This document shows, piece by piece, positions 39,647 to 50,012 of a stretch of 64,000 nucleotides of DNA (the stretch's first letter is position 1; every line of letters starts with the position of its first letter). The position numbers were made by a program, and so were the translations under genes. The DNA is from a virus. Lineage: Duplodnaviria > Caudoviricetes. Location: the IMG/VR virus record IMGVR_UViG_3300011152_000015, positions 27,189 through 91,188 of that record. One strand, written 5' to 3'. Under the pieces are notes generated by a model. The model saw only the letters and a list, made by a program, of their open reading frames with translations. It did not search any database and was not told the DNA's origin.

Positions 39647-40345
39647 TTAGGCTTTTCTTCGAATATGGAACTGGCAAATGAGTTCCTGCTGTGCCGGAGG
39701 CAATGTTCTCAACCCATCATAAAAGTCCGAGATTAGTGTAAGTCGCTTAGTCTGTGCTCTATACATGATGTTGTGCACATAGCCTGTCTTTACAAAAAGC
39801 TGCATAAGCTCATGAGCCACAAGCTCTTCCTGGCCCTGACTTTGGAAATGTACAACCTCATTCAAAGCCTCGAACGCCTGGTACAACTCCATCGCCGATA
39901 GCTTTCTCGCAGGCTTCCTCCCATTCGGCAACAAACGAAGGTAAAACCGCACGAGCAGCATGCCAACTGCAAACTGCGAACTGGCCATAGCTGATGGTAT
40001 AAGCTCAACTATCAAGTCATCCTGATGATCCATCACCTGATTAAGCAAGCACCTAACTAGCTCATAATCCCCAGAAATCCGACAACCCCGCTGAGTCCCC
40101 ATGAGCACATGCAGTGGCCCAATGATGCTCGCAAGCTCGATCAACAGCTCTCGATACTCTGCTGACAGCTCGTTTGTTTTGCCATCAAAGCCTTGAGCGT
40201 GCAGATGATCAGCGATGTCAGCCAAGAGCTGAGCTGTATCGGCGTGGAGCTCCTGTTTGTCCAAGTGATGCCTGATGGATCGCAGCTCGGTGAGGTTCCC
40301 AGATTTAAAGTGCTGTAGCACCAGTTTGCCGGACGTGTCGTGCAT
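39647..40345 (-). CDS. Hypothetical protein
   Basis: 232 aa ORF. Confidence 0.65.
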   Translation of the reverse strand: MHDTSGKLVLQHFKSGNLTELRSIRHHLDKQELHADTAQLLADIADHLHAQGFDGKTNELSAEYRELLIELASIIGPLHVLMGTQRGCRISGDYELVRCLLNQVMDHQDDLIVELIPSAMASSQFAVGMLLVRFYLRLLPNGRKPARKLSAMELYQAFEALNEVVHFQSQGQEELVAHELMQLFVKTGYVHNIMYRAQTKRLTLISDFYDGLRTLPPAQQELICQFHIRRKA

Positions 40346-40348
40346 ATA

Positions 40349-40690
40349 TCACCATTCATTGACTTGAGCTAGCATCTCCTCTACCAGGAGCTCTAGTGTT
40401 TTGTTATCAAACTCGTCGACGCAGAAACTGTAGTTGCGCCCTCTGTACTTCATATTTCCCGCTGTCAACATGTACATCGCGATGCATTTAAAGATCTGCC
40501 GGCACCCTGCATGACCCTGGTCTGCCCAATATCCCCACATGCTTAGCGTCTCTGTGAGGTTTTGTCGGAATTCTGGGCGTCCAGGGTAGAAATTCTTTTC
40601 CTCGTCAAACCCGCCGACTAAATAAATGATGCAAATGTCGAGGGTAGATTTATCGCAAACGGTCACTGGCACAGCATAAGCAACGGTCAT
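40349..40690 (-). CDS. Hypothetical protein
   Basis: AACAATAATAAAGAG leader. Confidence 0.6.
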   Translation of the reverse strand: MTVAYAVPVTVCDKSTLDICIIYLVGGFDEEKNFYPGRPEFRQNLTETLSMWGYWADQGHAGCRQIFKCIAMYMLTAGNMKYRGRNYSFCVDEFDNKTLELLVEEMLAQVNEW

Positions 40691-40847
40691 TTCGAGCACT
40701 CTTTATTATTGTTTTTATGCTTCGATTATGGCCATGGAGCACTACAAAAATCAATATTATGGCAAATATTTGTTTAGGTAGCCGCTACGCGAAATGGGCG
40801 ACTCCTCTTAGCGGATTTGGCTTGACCTAGTAGCTGGTTTGGCGAGA

Positions 40848-40863
40848 CTGTACGCATATACAG
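40848..40863. promoter_or_regulatory. LexA (SOS) box
   Basis: CTG-TACGCATATA-CAG upstream of umuD. Confidence 0.85.
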
Positions 40864-40881
40864 TATCCAGAATTTGCTGCC

Positions 40882-41301
40882 ATGCTTACGACCCTTCCCG
40901 ACCTTTCGCTCAGCCAAATCCCGCTCCCCCTACAGCTCTGCAAGCTCAGAGCGGGCTTCCCAAGCCCTGCTCTCGATTACGTGGAGGATCGGTTGACGCT
41001 CAACGACATCGTCAAACTCGACCCTAGGTACTGCTATCTGTGCCTTGTGGAAGGTGATTCGATGATCGATTACGGCATCCAGCCTGGTGATGTAGCCGTC
41101 ATCAGCCGCCGTGATACAGCAAGGCCAGGAAAGATCGTGGTGATTAGCATCGACGGCCAAAACACACTCAAGATGCTCTCGGAGGACGCTCAGGGCCCTG
41201 TCCTGCTCGCTGGCAACAGTGCATACCCATCGTTACGCCCGCTGGATGGTGAGGAATGGGTTTATCACGGGGTGCTCATCGCATGCACGCGCCTGTTTTA
41301 A
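40882..41301 (+). CDS. umuD: UmuD/RulA-like Pol V subunit
   Basis: AGFPSPA cleavage site, GDSM, TLK. Confidence 0.9.
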   Translation: MLTTLPDLSLSQIPLPLQLCKLRAGFPSPALDYVEDRLTLNDIVKLDPRYCYLCLVEGDSMIDYGIQPGDVAVISRRDTARPGKIVVISIDGQNTLKMLSEDAQGPVLLAGNSAYPSLRPLDGEEWVYHGVLIACTRLF

Positions 41302-42593
41302 AGCCGGAGTGGCGTTTGAGCGCAAATGCCAAAAAGGTGTTTGGGCTTGTTGATTGCAATAAATTTTATGCCTCTTGTGAGTCCCATCCCTTGTGGCGTC
41401 CGGATCTGATCGGCAAGCCGGTGGTTGTGCTCAGTAACAACGATGGGTGTGTCATTGCTATGAGCATGGAGGCCAAAAGGCTCGGGTACAAAATGGGCGA
41501 TCCGTACCACAAGCTGGAGACCAAGCTGCGCAGTGATGGAGTGCAGGTTTTTAGCTCGAACTACACGCTTTACGATGACCTTTCCGGGCGCGTGATGATG
41601 ACGTTGGCGGAAATGGTGCCGGAATTAGAGGTCTATAGCATTGACGAAATGTTCGCCGACCTGACCGGGGTTCCAGGGCTTCAGGGGTTCGGGGAGGAGA
41701 TGCGGAACCGAGTCTGGGAATGGGTTGGTATCCGTGTCGGGGTTGGTATTTCGGCTACTAAAACTCTGGCCAAGCTGAGCAACTGGGCTGCTAAAAATTG
41801 GAAGGGCCTGGGAGGCGTTGCTGTCGTGCTTGACGATAAGAGACACGAATTGCTGCTCAGGCGGGCGCCAGTTGACGAAGTTTGGGGTGTTGGCAGGCGA
41901 TACGCGGATCGACTCAAAGCTATGGGGGTCGAGACGGCTTTGCACCTGGCTTGCTGCGACGACCATAAAATTATGGATGAATTTGGCGTTGTGCTGAGGC
42001 GGACGGTGCTGGAACTGCGTGGAGTGCCTTGTGCTGAATTGGAGCTACAGACCCCTCCCAAGCAACAGATTGTCAGCTCTAGGGCATTTGGAGCTCGGCA
42101 GAAAGGTTGGAAGTCGATCGAGCAGTCTATTGCTAGCTACACCGCTCGCGCTGCCGAAAAACTGCGTGCCCAAGGTTCAGTCTGCAGGCGCGTAGACGTA
42201 GGCTTAATCGTTAGAAAAGCCACTGACGACAGCTTCCAAGACACCTGGTCAACTTCTTCGGCCAAGCTCATCCAACATACAGATGACACACTGGTGTTGC
42301 AGGGCGCGGCTGTTGAATTGGCTAAGAGAATCTTCGATAACAACGCAGTGTATGCAAAGTCTTCGATAGCCTTGAGTGAGATCTGTCAACCCAGCGACTT
42401 GAGCCAAGACATGTTCGCTCAAAAACCAACTCAGAGCGAACTATCCAATGTGTTGGACACCATCAATTCCAAGTTCGGACGTGGAACCCTACGCTCTGGG
42501 GTATTGGTCGGAGATATGGCTTGGGCAATGAAACGCAACCATCTCAGCCCTAGTTACACTACCAAGTTATCTGACTTGCCAAGACTGAAATAA
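41256..42593 (+). CDS. umuC: UmuC/RulB-like Y-family polymerase; start may be TTG 41316
   Basis: DCNKFYASCE, VLSNNDGC, YSIDE, W.MKR..LSP.YTT. Confidence 0.93.
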   Translation: MGLSRGAHRMHAPVLKPEWRLSANAKKVFGLVDCNKFYASCESHPLWRPDLIGKPVVVLSNNDGCVIAMSMEAKRLGYKMGDPYHKLETKLRSDGVQVFSSNYTLYDDLSGRVMMTLAEMVPELEVYSIDEMFADLTGVPGLQGFGEEMRNRVWEWVGIRVGVGISATKTLAKLSNWAAKNWKGLGGVAVVLDDKRHELLLRRAPVDEVWGVGRRYADRLKAMGVETALHLACCDDHKIMDEFGVVLRRTVLELRGVPCAELELQTPPKQQIVSSRAFGARQKGWKSIEQSIASYTARAAEKLRAQGSVCRRVDVGLIVRKATDDSFQDTWSTSSAKLIQHTDDTLVLQGAAVELAKRIFDNNAVYAKSSIALSEICQPSDLSQDMFAQKPTQSELSNVLDTINSKFGRGTLRSGVLVGDMAWAMKRNHLSPSYTTKLSDLPRLK

Positions 42594-42610
42594 AGTTCTT
42601 CTTAGCCAAT

Positions 42611-43270
42611 CTACAGCCCCAAATCCCCAGCAAACAAACCATCGACTAGATCGTGCTTGCCAGCTTTATGTAGTCGCTCGCGGAACTGCTTAATAAATTC
42701 CTTATCGCCAGTCAAGTACAGCTCAACTTCTTTTTCGTTCTTGCATTCTCTAATATAAGCAGCTTTTTCAGGTTCTACCATTTCAAACCTGCGAATAAAC
42801 TCTTCACGCTTTTTCTCATGGAATCTTTCAATCAAGCTTTTCAAGTTTAGCCCTCCTTTAATCATGATCGAAAAGTCTGTGCCCGCGTAACGATAAACAG
42901 CACGCCAAAATGAAAGGCTCTTACTAAAAAACAGAGCCCAGTAAAACTCAGGTGCCGCATTATCATGGCCGACTACAATGCGTGTAAAGCGCTGCATAAA
43001 GCCTACTTCAAAGGCAATCCCTGCGATCACATCACTCAGCAGCTCCTCAAACTCCTCACCATCCGCATCCCCCTGCACTACTTCCCATACTTTTCCAAAC
43101 CCCTTTTCAGCAAAATACGACTCAGGGAAGTACAGATACTTTGAGTACAAAATAGTAATCAGATCACGCGGATCATCAAACCTGACATTTTCAAAAGTGA
43201 CGTGATCTTCCTGGGAATATAGGGCTGCTGGAAATACCCATTCCAAATACTTAATGACCGACCAATTCAT
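42611..43270 (-). CDS. Hypothetical protein with C-terminal FAGDLGL
   Basis: 219 aa; terminal motif shared with five other ORFs. Confidence 0.75.
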   Translation of the reverse strand: MNWSVIKYLEWVFPAALYSQEDHVTFENVRFDDPRDLITILYSKYLYFPESYFAEKGFGKVWEVVQGDADGEEFEELLSDVIAGIAFEVGFMQRFTRIVVGHDNAAPEFYWALFFSKSLSFWRAVYRYAGTDFSIMIKGGLNLKSLIERFHEKKREEFIRRFEMVEPEKAAYIRECKNEKEVELYLTGDKEFIKQFRERLHKAGKHDLVDGLFAGDLGL

Positions 43271-43668
43271 GGATTGCTGCCTACAGCTTTATTATAGTAA
43301 GCCACCAGCGTCTGCCACACCGCCTCTTTGTCATCGTGCAGGAAATACCAGTACAGCTTTGCAAGCAGACTGTCGAGATGATGGTTTTTCCCTGCATCCT
43401 TTAGTATCTCGCACACAAACTTATCGAGATACTCTGTCTCACAAGTAGTTCTTGGATCGCCGAGCGGAAAAGTATAAACAATGTTAGCTAGACCCTCAAA
43501 CTCCCAATCAACAAAACTTGTAGTCTCAGACATCTCATAAACATCAGTTATACGCCTGATAAAGTTGGGAAAGTCCTGGAACTCCAGATCGCCATCAAAA
43601 AACTTGTCACCCGCACAGCTGACGCCGCCATAATTACAAAATTGCAGGATGTTTTGGAGATACATCAC
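43267..43668 (-). CDS. Hypothetical acidic protein without the tag
   Basis: 4-nt overlaps with both tagged neighbours. Confidence 0.65.
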   Translation of the reverse strand: MMYLQNILQFCNYGGVSCAGDKFFDGDLEFQDFPNFIRRITDVYEMSETTSFVDWEFEGLANIVYTFPLGDPRTTCETEYLDKFVCEILKDAGKNHHLDSLLAKLYWYFLHDDKEAVWQTLVAYYNKAVGSNP

Positions 43669-44489
43669 AGCCCGAGATCCCCGGCAAACAAGTGATCACG
43701 CTGTGCAGAAGACATGTGAGCCTTCCTTGTGCTCAAAAAGCCGGTGTCGCCCTTCAGGAGTCTCTCAACCTCAATGATGTCCCGGCACAAAGGGTGCAGC
43801 GCGTAAACGTGAGGGCGATGGAGCTTTATGTTTTCCATTATTATCGGCCTCAAATCAGCAAGAATATCTTTGTATGTTGCAGATCGGTCGAGGCCTAGCG
43901 ACTTAAAAGAGTCATCATCGTTGTGATGTTCGTACGACCTAATTACCGCCTCATCATAATTTTCAAGTATTAGCGACGCCAGTGAGTGATCTCTTTCGGC
44001 CTGGACGCCCTCATATTCCTTATCACTTACAAGCCATGTAAACCAAAGCCTGCGGGATATTTCTATCCTTTTGTAGCGCCTAATCTCAAGATACTTATTG
44101 ATAAAATCCGCAGGAGTCTTGGCTGATAGGGCTGCGGTAGCAAAGTCCGGAACACTACCAACCTCATTTTCAGTCCAGCAGTTCAACTTGAAACTTATTA
44201 CAGTTGCGACTTCCAAAAGTGAATAACATTCGCGCTCGACAAAACCACCGTCCGGCGTTTGGAGCTGCAAACGATAGCGATCGGTGTCGAAAACAAAGCC
44301 GCCCGCGATACCCAGATAGTCGTAATTCTCAAATTGCTGATTGAGGACAGACTCAAGATATTCGTGTCGCAAAACGTCCATCCCCAACCCCCTGCAAGCC
44401 CGCAAAGCCTGATGCCACAACCACGCTTTTGGCTTCAAAAACCTAGCCAGGCGGCGCTCGCGAGGTGAGATAAAGTACAGCATACCCAC
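43665..44489 (-). CDS. Hypothetical protein with C-terminal FAGDLGL
   Basis: 274 aa; shared terminal motif. Confidence 0.75.
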   Translation of the reverse strand: MGMLYFISPRERRLARFLKPKAWLWHQALRACRGLGMDVLRHEYLESVLNQQFENYDYLGIAGGFVFDTDRYRLQLQTPDGGFVERECYSLLEVATVISFKLNCWTENEVGSVPDFATAALSAKTPADFINKYLEIRRYKRIEISRRLWFTWLVSDKEYEGVQAERDHSLASLILENYDEAVIRSYEHHNDDDSFKSLGLDRSATYKDILADLRPIIMENIKLHRPHVYALHPLCRDIIEVERLLKGDTGFLSTRKAHMSSAQRDHLFAGDLGL

Positions 44490-44576
44490 CCATGAGACTA
44501 ATTATGGCATTTATTGACACTTTGGCAATGTGGGAGGGCAATGTCAAGAAGCCCCTGAGCGTTGGGGCTGGCGGCT

Positions 44577-44843
44577 TTACTGGGCTGCTAGTCGTTCGAG
44601 GCGTAAGCGGGTTAGGCAGGCGTGGAACTCAGCCATACATACCGCTGCGCACTGCTGCTGCCACCTTGGCAGCTTGTTGAGGTCTGCGCGAGGGGCTGGG
44701 GTGCGTGTGTCTTGCTGAGCCAGCCGAAAGGACTCGTCTACGCAAAAGTCTTCGACTTGGGGCTCAATCTGAAAGAGCTTATAAGTGCCGGAGGTTCTTT
44801 GAATTTCAGTCTTAGCGTCTGCAAATATTTTTGAAATGTCCAT
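44577..44843 (-). CDS. Hypothetical protein
   Basis: AACAACAATAAGAGAGG leader. Confidence 0.55.
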   Translation of the reverse strand: MDISKIFADAKTEIQRTSGTYKLFQIEPQVEDFCVDESFRLAQQDTRTPAPRADLNKLPRWQQQCAAVCMAEFHACLTRLRLERLAAQ

Positions 44844-44915
44844 GTCCTGCCTCTCTTATTGTTGTTGTGTTCCCACAATTCCAATATGCAGACGGAGCAA
44901 ATGGAGCAGCAACAA

Positions 44916-45569
44916 TTATTTCAGAGAAATCCAAAATGCTCCGACTGTTGCGACAAATAGCAGGATTCGCTCTGTATTTTTCACAAGCACGGGAGCTTTT
45001 TTGTTGCGAGCATCCAGATACGTCAGCCATAGACGGTAGTAGTAGCTTTTGAGAGACATGGGATAATGGGCGCTTGTGTACATCGAATATTTCAAAAAAC
45101 GCCTAAATAGACCTTCGAGCCTTGCCACTGTGACTTTAGATGGCCGCGAGTATAGACCTATTGCTATAAACTCTTCCTTAACACTTGATAATTTGGATTT
45201 ATATGGATAAAGCAGAACCATTACTTCCCCGCTAGGAGACTGAGAAAATGAAATCGTAGCTCCTCGCTCCCAATGAGATTTTAGGTTTCGCTTGCCATCT
45301 TCAGTAAAGGATACGATCCCAAGATGACGTACTCCGGAGTGAATTTGGAAACCGCCCTGTACACGGCTCTCATAAACTGGGTAGTTCCTATAGTCATCGA
45401 AATGCCTATGAAAATAGAGCCGACCAAAAACCTCATGATCCAAGCTCTGTTGAAGCCTTTTAAAGGCGTTTTCAGCCCTATCGGTTAGGTCAACCATTTC
45501 CATACGCTTGATCAACAGCTGGTCACAGGCGCTTTCGAACTCAGTTTGTATCTTACGAATTCCTTTCAT
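44916..45569 (-). CDS. Hypothetical protein with a C-terminal hydrophobic anchor
   Basis: Ends ILLFVATVGAFWISLK. Confidence 0.6.
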   Translation of the reverse strand: MKGIRKIQTEFESACDQLLIKRMEMVDLTDRAENAFKRLQQSLDHEVFGRLYFHRHFDDYRNYPVYESRVQGGFQIHSGVRHLGIVSFTEDGKRNLKSHWERGATISFSQSPSGEVMVLLYPYKSKLSSVKEEFIAIGLYSRPSKVTVARLEGLFRRFLKYSMYTSAHYPMSLKSYYYRLWLTYLDARNKKAPVLVKNTERILLFVATVGAFWISLK

Positions 45570-45611
45570 GACAGTCCCAAAGCCCCGGAGGCGCCGGGGC
45601 TGCACAGATAA

Positions 45612-45983
45612 TTAGGCCTGCAGCCAGGACTCGACCTCAGAAGCGCCGTACTCTGCTTTCCACGCTTTCAGAGTTTTGTGATTGCCGCCCTTTGTTTCCA
45701 CGACTTCCTCAGTATGCGGGTTAAAGTAACGCTTAACTGCACGCTCTTTACGCTGACCACCACTCGACTGCCCTTGAGCTTGTGCACGCCCGCGTCCGGC
45801 TTGCGGATCTAGAATGTCGATAATGCTACGAAGCGACATGCCGTACTTTTCCATTAGCTTGCGAAGTTTGTCTTCAAATTCAAGCTCTTTTTGCAGATCT
45901 GCGCTGCCTTTCAGGGCTTCCAAGGCTTCGAGTTGCTCAGCGATTTGCTTTTCGAGGGCTCTGTATTCTGCTGCTTTTGACAT
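45612..45983 (-). CDS. MvaT/MvaU-family (H-NS-like) nucleoid protein
   Basis: MSK.AEYR..E, ELEFE.KL..LM.KYG.SL, Y.NPHT.E.VETKGGNHK.LK.WK. Confidence 0.92.
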   Translation of the reverse strand: MSKAAEYRALEKQIAEQLEALEALKGSADLQKELEFEDKLRKLMEKYGMSLRSIIDILDPQAGRGRAQAQGQSSGGQRKERAVKRYFNPHTEEVVETKGGNHKTLKAWKAEYGASEVESWLQA

Positions 45984-46104
45984 GTGCGTCGTTCCTGCCT
46001 TTGATTAAGTGCTATGAAATATACAGCGGCTGTTAAGCTTGTCAATTAGTTGAGCGCGATGATGTTGTACGGCATGGGTAAATTTAGGTTGGAGTATTGC
46101 ATTA

Positions 46105-46120
46105 CTGTATGTGCATACAG
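46105..46120. promoter_or_regulatory. LexA (SOS) box
   Basis: CTG-TATGTGCATA-CAG upstream of the ATG at 46161. Confidence 0.8.
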
Positions 46121-46160
46121 TATCTTTAGATATAGATCAATAATAAGAAGAGAGAAGATC

Positions 46161-46382
46161 ATGAGCAGACAGCCAGTGGTGCTTAACAGCGGACTTGAAG
46201 TGCATTTTATCCAAGAATTGTATGGAAATGACGACGCGCTTTTGGACGTGTACGAGCTGAGGAAGAATTTTGGTAAGCGCAGCAAAAGCCTCTGGAGATT
46301 TGAAGTGCCTCAGGGTTCGGGCTTTGAAGTCATCAGGGAAAGACTAAAAGAATCTTGGGATCGGCTAGGCATTGCTAGCTAA
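46161..46382 (+). CDS. Small hypothetical protein, probably SOS-inducible
   Basis: SOS box, A-rich leader and own terminator at ~46388-46408. Confidence 0.65.
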   Translation: MSRQPVVLNSGLEVHFIQELYGNDDALLDVYELRKNFGKRSKSLWRFEVPQGSGFEVIRERLKESWDRLGIAS

Positions 46383-46433
46383 ATACAAGCCCCCGCTGGG
46401 GGCTTTTTGTTTGCAAGAGTATCTCTTAACCAA

Positions 46434-46619
46434 TCATCTACCCTCAGCACCGTCCTCATGCCTTGCTGTTACCCATATCGTTGTAGTTGACGGATCAAGG
46501 TACTTAACGATACGCCCTGTCTTATCTAACACAATTATCTGCCCATCACCTCTCGCTTCAACCGTCCTCACTTCAGCCGCTTCGCATACTCCGGAGTAAA
46601 AATCTACTGGCACGTCCAT
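46434..46619 (-). CDS. Small hypothetical protein
   Basis: AACAATAAGATGAGG leader. Confidence 0.5.
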   Translation of the reverse strand: MDVPVDFYSGVCEAAEVRTVEARGDGQIIVLDKTGRIVKYLDPSTTTIWVTARHEDGAEGR

Positions 46620-46766
46620 ACATGACCTCATCTTATTGTTATATGTTTATTTTAGAAGTGAGCTACAACAGGGTCTACTAGACAACAAAATAGTTTTTGG
46701 TATACAGCAAATAAATATTGATCCGCAAGTAGCTCAGTGTGAAAATTGAAGTATGGAGGAACAACT

Positions 46767-47078
46767 ATGTTTGCAATACTAAACCAAGCCCTGCTAGCCC
46801 AAACTGTCCTATTAATCCTGGCGGCGTCGATGACTTATGTCGAACATAGTGCAAACACAGACAATATTCACAAATCCACGTTCTTCCGCACCTACTTGGC
46901 ACACATGAGCGTACAAGCCCTGTTCACCCTTATCGCCCTTATCGCTAGCACATACCTCCTGCCTGCCTGGTCATTTGAACTCAAAACCACGTTCCCCTAT
47001 ATTTTTGGGGCTGCTGGGGTTGCTGTAGCTACAGTGTTTGCTGGTTACAAAGTAAGGAGCGGCCATGAAACTGCATGA
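46767..47078 (+). CDS. Three-TM membrane protein
   Basis: GGAGG RBS; three hydrophobic stretches; heads the + strand tagged operon. Confidence 0.65.
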   Translation: MFAILNQALLAQTVLLILAASMTYVEHSANTDNIHKSTFFRTYLAHMSVQALFTLIALIASTYLLPAWSFELKTTFPYIFGAAGVAVATVFAGYKVRSGHETA

Positions 47079-47670
47079 CACTTGGAGCGATAACGGCATG
47101 AAGATCCTGGAGGTTGCGGGGCATGATGGTGTGCAGGAATTTCAGCTCGTACATAGTTTCGATTTTGGCCTGCTGCCTCTATTTGATGTTGATTGCACTA
47201 GCGCCAAAAATGCAGTTGACGAGACGAAGCAGTTTCACGACGGTTTGAGTCTTGATCAACAGTGTACAGTAGAGTGCGCAGAAGCTTTGTATGTACTGTT
47301 TGAGGAAGCTGGGGCACAAGGCACAGAGGAAATGCTTTGCAAGCTGTCGGATTTCGCAGCCAGTCGTGGATATGTTTTGTGGGGCGAAATCTATGAGGAA
47401 CAAGCGCTCATAAGTGATAAGTCGTTGAGGATATTTAAGCTGTCGGAAGAGGAATTCTGTTTTGAAATAGATGTCCACGGCAGTAGAGTTAAATACACAT
47501 TGTCTGTTGACAGTGCTGAAGATTGCAAGATCGAACCAGACTGTGGTGTGATTGGCTGGCTTAACGAATTTAGTCTTGGCAATCTGCGTCAAATATATGC
47601 AGAAGATCCTGGCAAAAATCATCTCGAACAATATGTAGATCGGTCATTTTCAGGCGATCTTGGGCTCTAA
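47065..47670 (+). CDS. Acidic hypothetical protein with C-terminal FSGDLGL
   Basis: 201 aa; AGGAG RBS. Confidence 0.75.
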   Translation: MKLHDTWSDNGMKILEVAGHDGVQEFQLVHSFDFGLLPLFDVDCTSAKNAVDETKQFHDGLSLDQQCTVECAEALYVLFEEAGAQGTEEMLCKLSDFAASRGYVLWGEIYEEQALISDKSLRIFKLSEEEFCFEIDVHGSRVKYTLSVDSAEDCKIEPDCGVIGWLNEFSLGNLRQIYAEDPGKNHLEQYVDRSFSGDLGL

Positions 47671-47695
47671 AAGATTGGCTAAGAAGGACTCTTGT

Positions 47696-47857
47696 ATGCA
47701 AACAAGGATTATCGATATCACAGCCGAGATCAAGCTGCGCATTGAGCAAAAACCTGACAATCTCGGCTGCAACATCGACATGATTTATCAAGGCCCTCAC
47801 GGCTACGAAGTGGCTTGGGTGACGGATCTGCAACTTGCGGGCGATCTAGGGCTATAG
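47696..47857 (+). CDS. 53-aa protein with C-terminal LAGDLGL
   Basis: AAGGA RBS; terminal motif. Confidence 0.65.
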   Translation: MQTRIIDITAEIKLRIEQKPDNLGCNIDMIYQGPHGYEVAWVTDLQLAGDLGL

Positions 47858-48130
47858 ACCATGACGACAGAAATTTATGTAGTAAACGATTACCTGCAAG
47901 TGCGAGACAGGTCTACAGCCGAAAGAGATGATACCAACCTCTTTTTCCACACGCAGCTGGGCTACCAAGTCGTGCTGCTATCCAAAAACAGGAAAACTGT
48001 AACGCCCGAAACCGCCATCGCTCAAGCCCACAAGCTCTGGAACTCCGTAAGCGCTCCATAAAACCCATCTTCAAACCGACCGATGAACTGGACGATGCTG
48101 TGCTCCTGATTTCTTTCAGGAGCGGCTGCC

Positions 48131-48490
48131 ATGATGCGTCCCGATGCCAAGGTGCAGAAGGTTTACCTCTATCCCAAGCCCGTCGACTTCCGTAAATCCA
48201 TCAATGGCCTGGCCGCCTTGGTCGAGCTGGACATCAAAGTGGAAATCTTCAACCCGGTGCTGTTCGTGTTTCTCAACCGCACTCGCAGCCAGGTGAAGAT
48301 CCTCTACTGGGAGCGCAACGGCTTCTGCCTCTGGCTCAAGCGCCTGGAGGCCGAGCGTTTCAAGACCAAGCCCGATGCCGGTGATGAAGCCATCGAGCTG
48401 ACGGTCGACGAGTTGAACTGGCTGCTCGATGGCATCGACCTGTGGCGCAACCGTCCACATCAAGTCCTGACGCCGCGTTACGTGGCCTGA
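48131..48490 (+). CDS. tnpB: IS66 accessory protein TnpB
   Basis: PVDFRKSINGL, KILYWERNGFCLWLKRLE. Confidence 0.93.
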   Translation: MMRPDAKVQKVYLYPKPVDFRKSINGLAALVELDIKVEIFNPVLFVFLNRTRSQVKILYWERNGFCLWLKRLEAERFKTKPDAGDEAIELTVDELNWLLDGIDLWRNRPHQVLTPRYVA

Positions 48491-48509
48491 GCCGGTATAA
48501 TCCAGCGCC

Positions 48510-50012
48510 ATGAAATTTGGCGCTGACGCTCTTCCCGACGATCCGATTCTTCTCAAGGCTCTTGTCCTGCAGTTGCAGGAAGAGAACACCCTGCTGCGCC
48601 ACAAACTGTTCTCCCCCAAGTCCGAGCGCAGCCCAGAAGACGCCGACTCGCCGCAGCTGTCGCTGCTCAACGAGGCGGAGACGCTGCTCGACTCTGCACC
48701 CGAAGCGCCTGCCGAAGAGATCGAAGAAGTCGTTGCTCCCGTCAAACGCCGCGGCAAGCGCAAGCCGCTGCCGGCCAACCTGCCCCGCGTCGAAGTCATC
48801 CATGAATTGCCTGAACACGAACTGACCTGCGCGTGCGGCTGCCGCAAGCAGGCCATCGGCATCGAGACCAGCGAACAGCTGGAGATCATCCCGATGCAGG
48901 TGCGGGTGATCCGCCATATCCGCAAGACCTACGCCTGCAAGGCCTGCGAAACCGCACCGGTCACCGCCGACAAGCCGGCCCAGCTGATCGAAAAAAGCCT
49001 GGCCAGCCCCAGCGTGCTGGCCATGCTGCTGACCACCAAATACGCCGACGGCATCCCGCTGTACCGCTTCGAGAAGATGCTCAGCCGCCATGGCGTCGAC
49101 ATCCCTCGCCAGACGCTGGCGCGCTGGGTGATCCAATGCGGTGAACAGCTGCAACCTTTGCTCAGCCTGATGCGCGATACGCTGTTTGAGTACCCAGTGC
49201 TGCACTGCGACGAAACCCGCTTGCAGGTGCTGCACGAACCCGGACGCGATCCCACCGCGCAATCCTGGATGTGGGTGCAAACCGGTGGCCCGCCTGACAA
49301 GCCCGTGATCCTTTTCGACTACTCGACCAGCCGCGCGCAGGAAGTACCGTTGCGCCTGCTCGACAGCTATCGGGGCTACCTGATGACCGACGACTACGCC
49401 GGCTACAACGCCGTGGCTACGCAAGATGGCATCGAGCGCTTGGCCTGCTGGGCGCATGCGCGGCGCAAATTTGTCGAAGCACAGAAAATGCAGCCCAAGG
49501 GTAAGACCGGACGTGCCGACATGGCGCTGAACCTGATCAACAAGCTCTACGGCATCGAGCGCGACGCCAAGCCCCTCAGCGACCCCGAGCGTTTCGATGC
49601 GCGCCAGCAACGCAGCCAGCCGATCCTCACCCAGCTCAAGACCTGGCTGGACAAAACCCAACCGCAAGTCGCTGGGCAAACTGCTTTAGGCAAGGCCGTG
49701 AACTACCTGGCCAGCAACTGGAGCCGGCTCGTACGCTACGTCGAGGGTGGGCACCTGCCGATCGACAACAACCGCGCCGAGAACGCCATCCGCCCGTTCG
49801 TCATCGGTCGTAAGAACTGGCTATTCAGCGACACGCCCAAAGGCGCTACCGCCAGCGCGCAGATCTACAGCCTGATCGAAACCGCCAAGGCCAACGGGCA
49901 AGAACCCTACGCCTGGCTACGCCACATCCTTGAGCGCCTCCCGACCGTAAGCAGCGTCAAAGACTACGAAGCGCTCTTGCCTTGGAACTGCGCAACGGCC
50001 TCTGCATCCTGA
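48510..50012 (+). CDS. tnpC: IS66 DDE transposase TnpC
   Basis: [39 protein letters not shown]. Confidence 0.95.
   Translation: MKFGADALPDDPILLKALVLQLQEENTLLRHKLFSPKSERSPEDADSPQLSLLNEAETLLDSAPEAPAEEIEEVVAPVKRRGKRKPLPANLPRVEVIHELPEHELTCACGCRKQAIGIETSEQLEIIPMQVRVIRHIRKTYACKACETAPVTADKPAQLIEKSLASPSVLAMLLTTKYADGIPLYRFEKMLSRHGVDIPRQTLARWVIQCGEQLQPLLSLMRDTLFEYPVLHCDETRLQVLHEPGRDPTAQSWMWVQTGGPPDKPVILFDYSTSRAQEVPLRLLDSYRGYLMTDDYAGYNAVATQDGIERLACWAHARRKFVEAQKMQPKGKTGRADMALNLINKLYGIERDAKPLSDPERFDARQQRSQPILTQLKTWLDKTQPQVAGQTALGKAVNYLASNWSRLVRYVEGGHLPIDNNRAENAIRPFVIGRKNWLFSDTPKGATASAQIYSLIETAKANGQEPYAWLRHILERLPTVSSVKDYEALLPWNCATASAS

Noticed and set aside
47861-48061. ORFs 47861-48061 and 50036-50461 as independent genes
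   Set aside because: They are two halves of one IS66-interrupted gene
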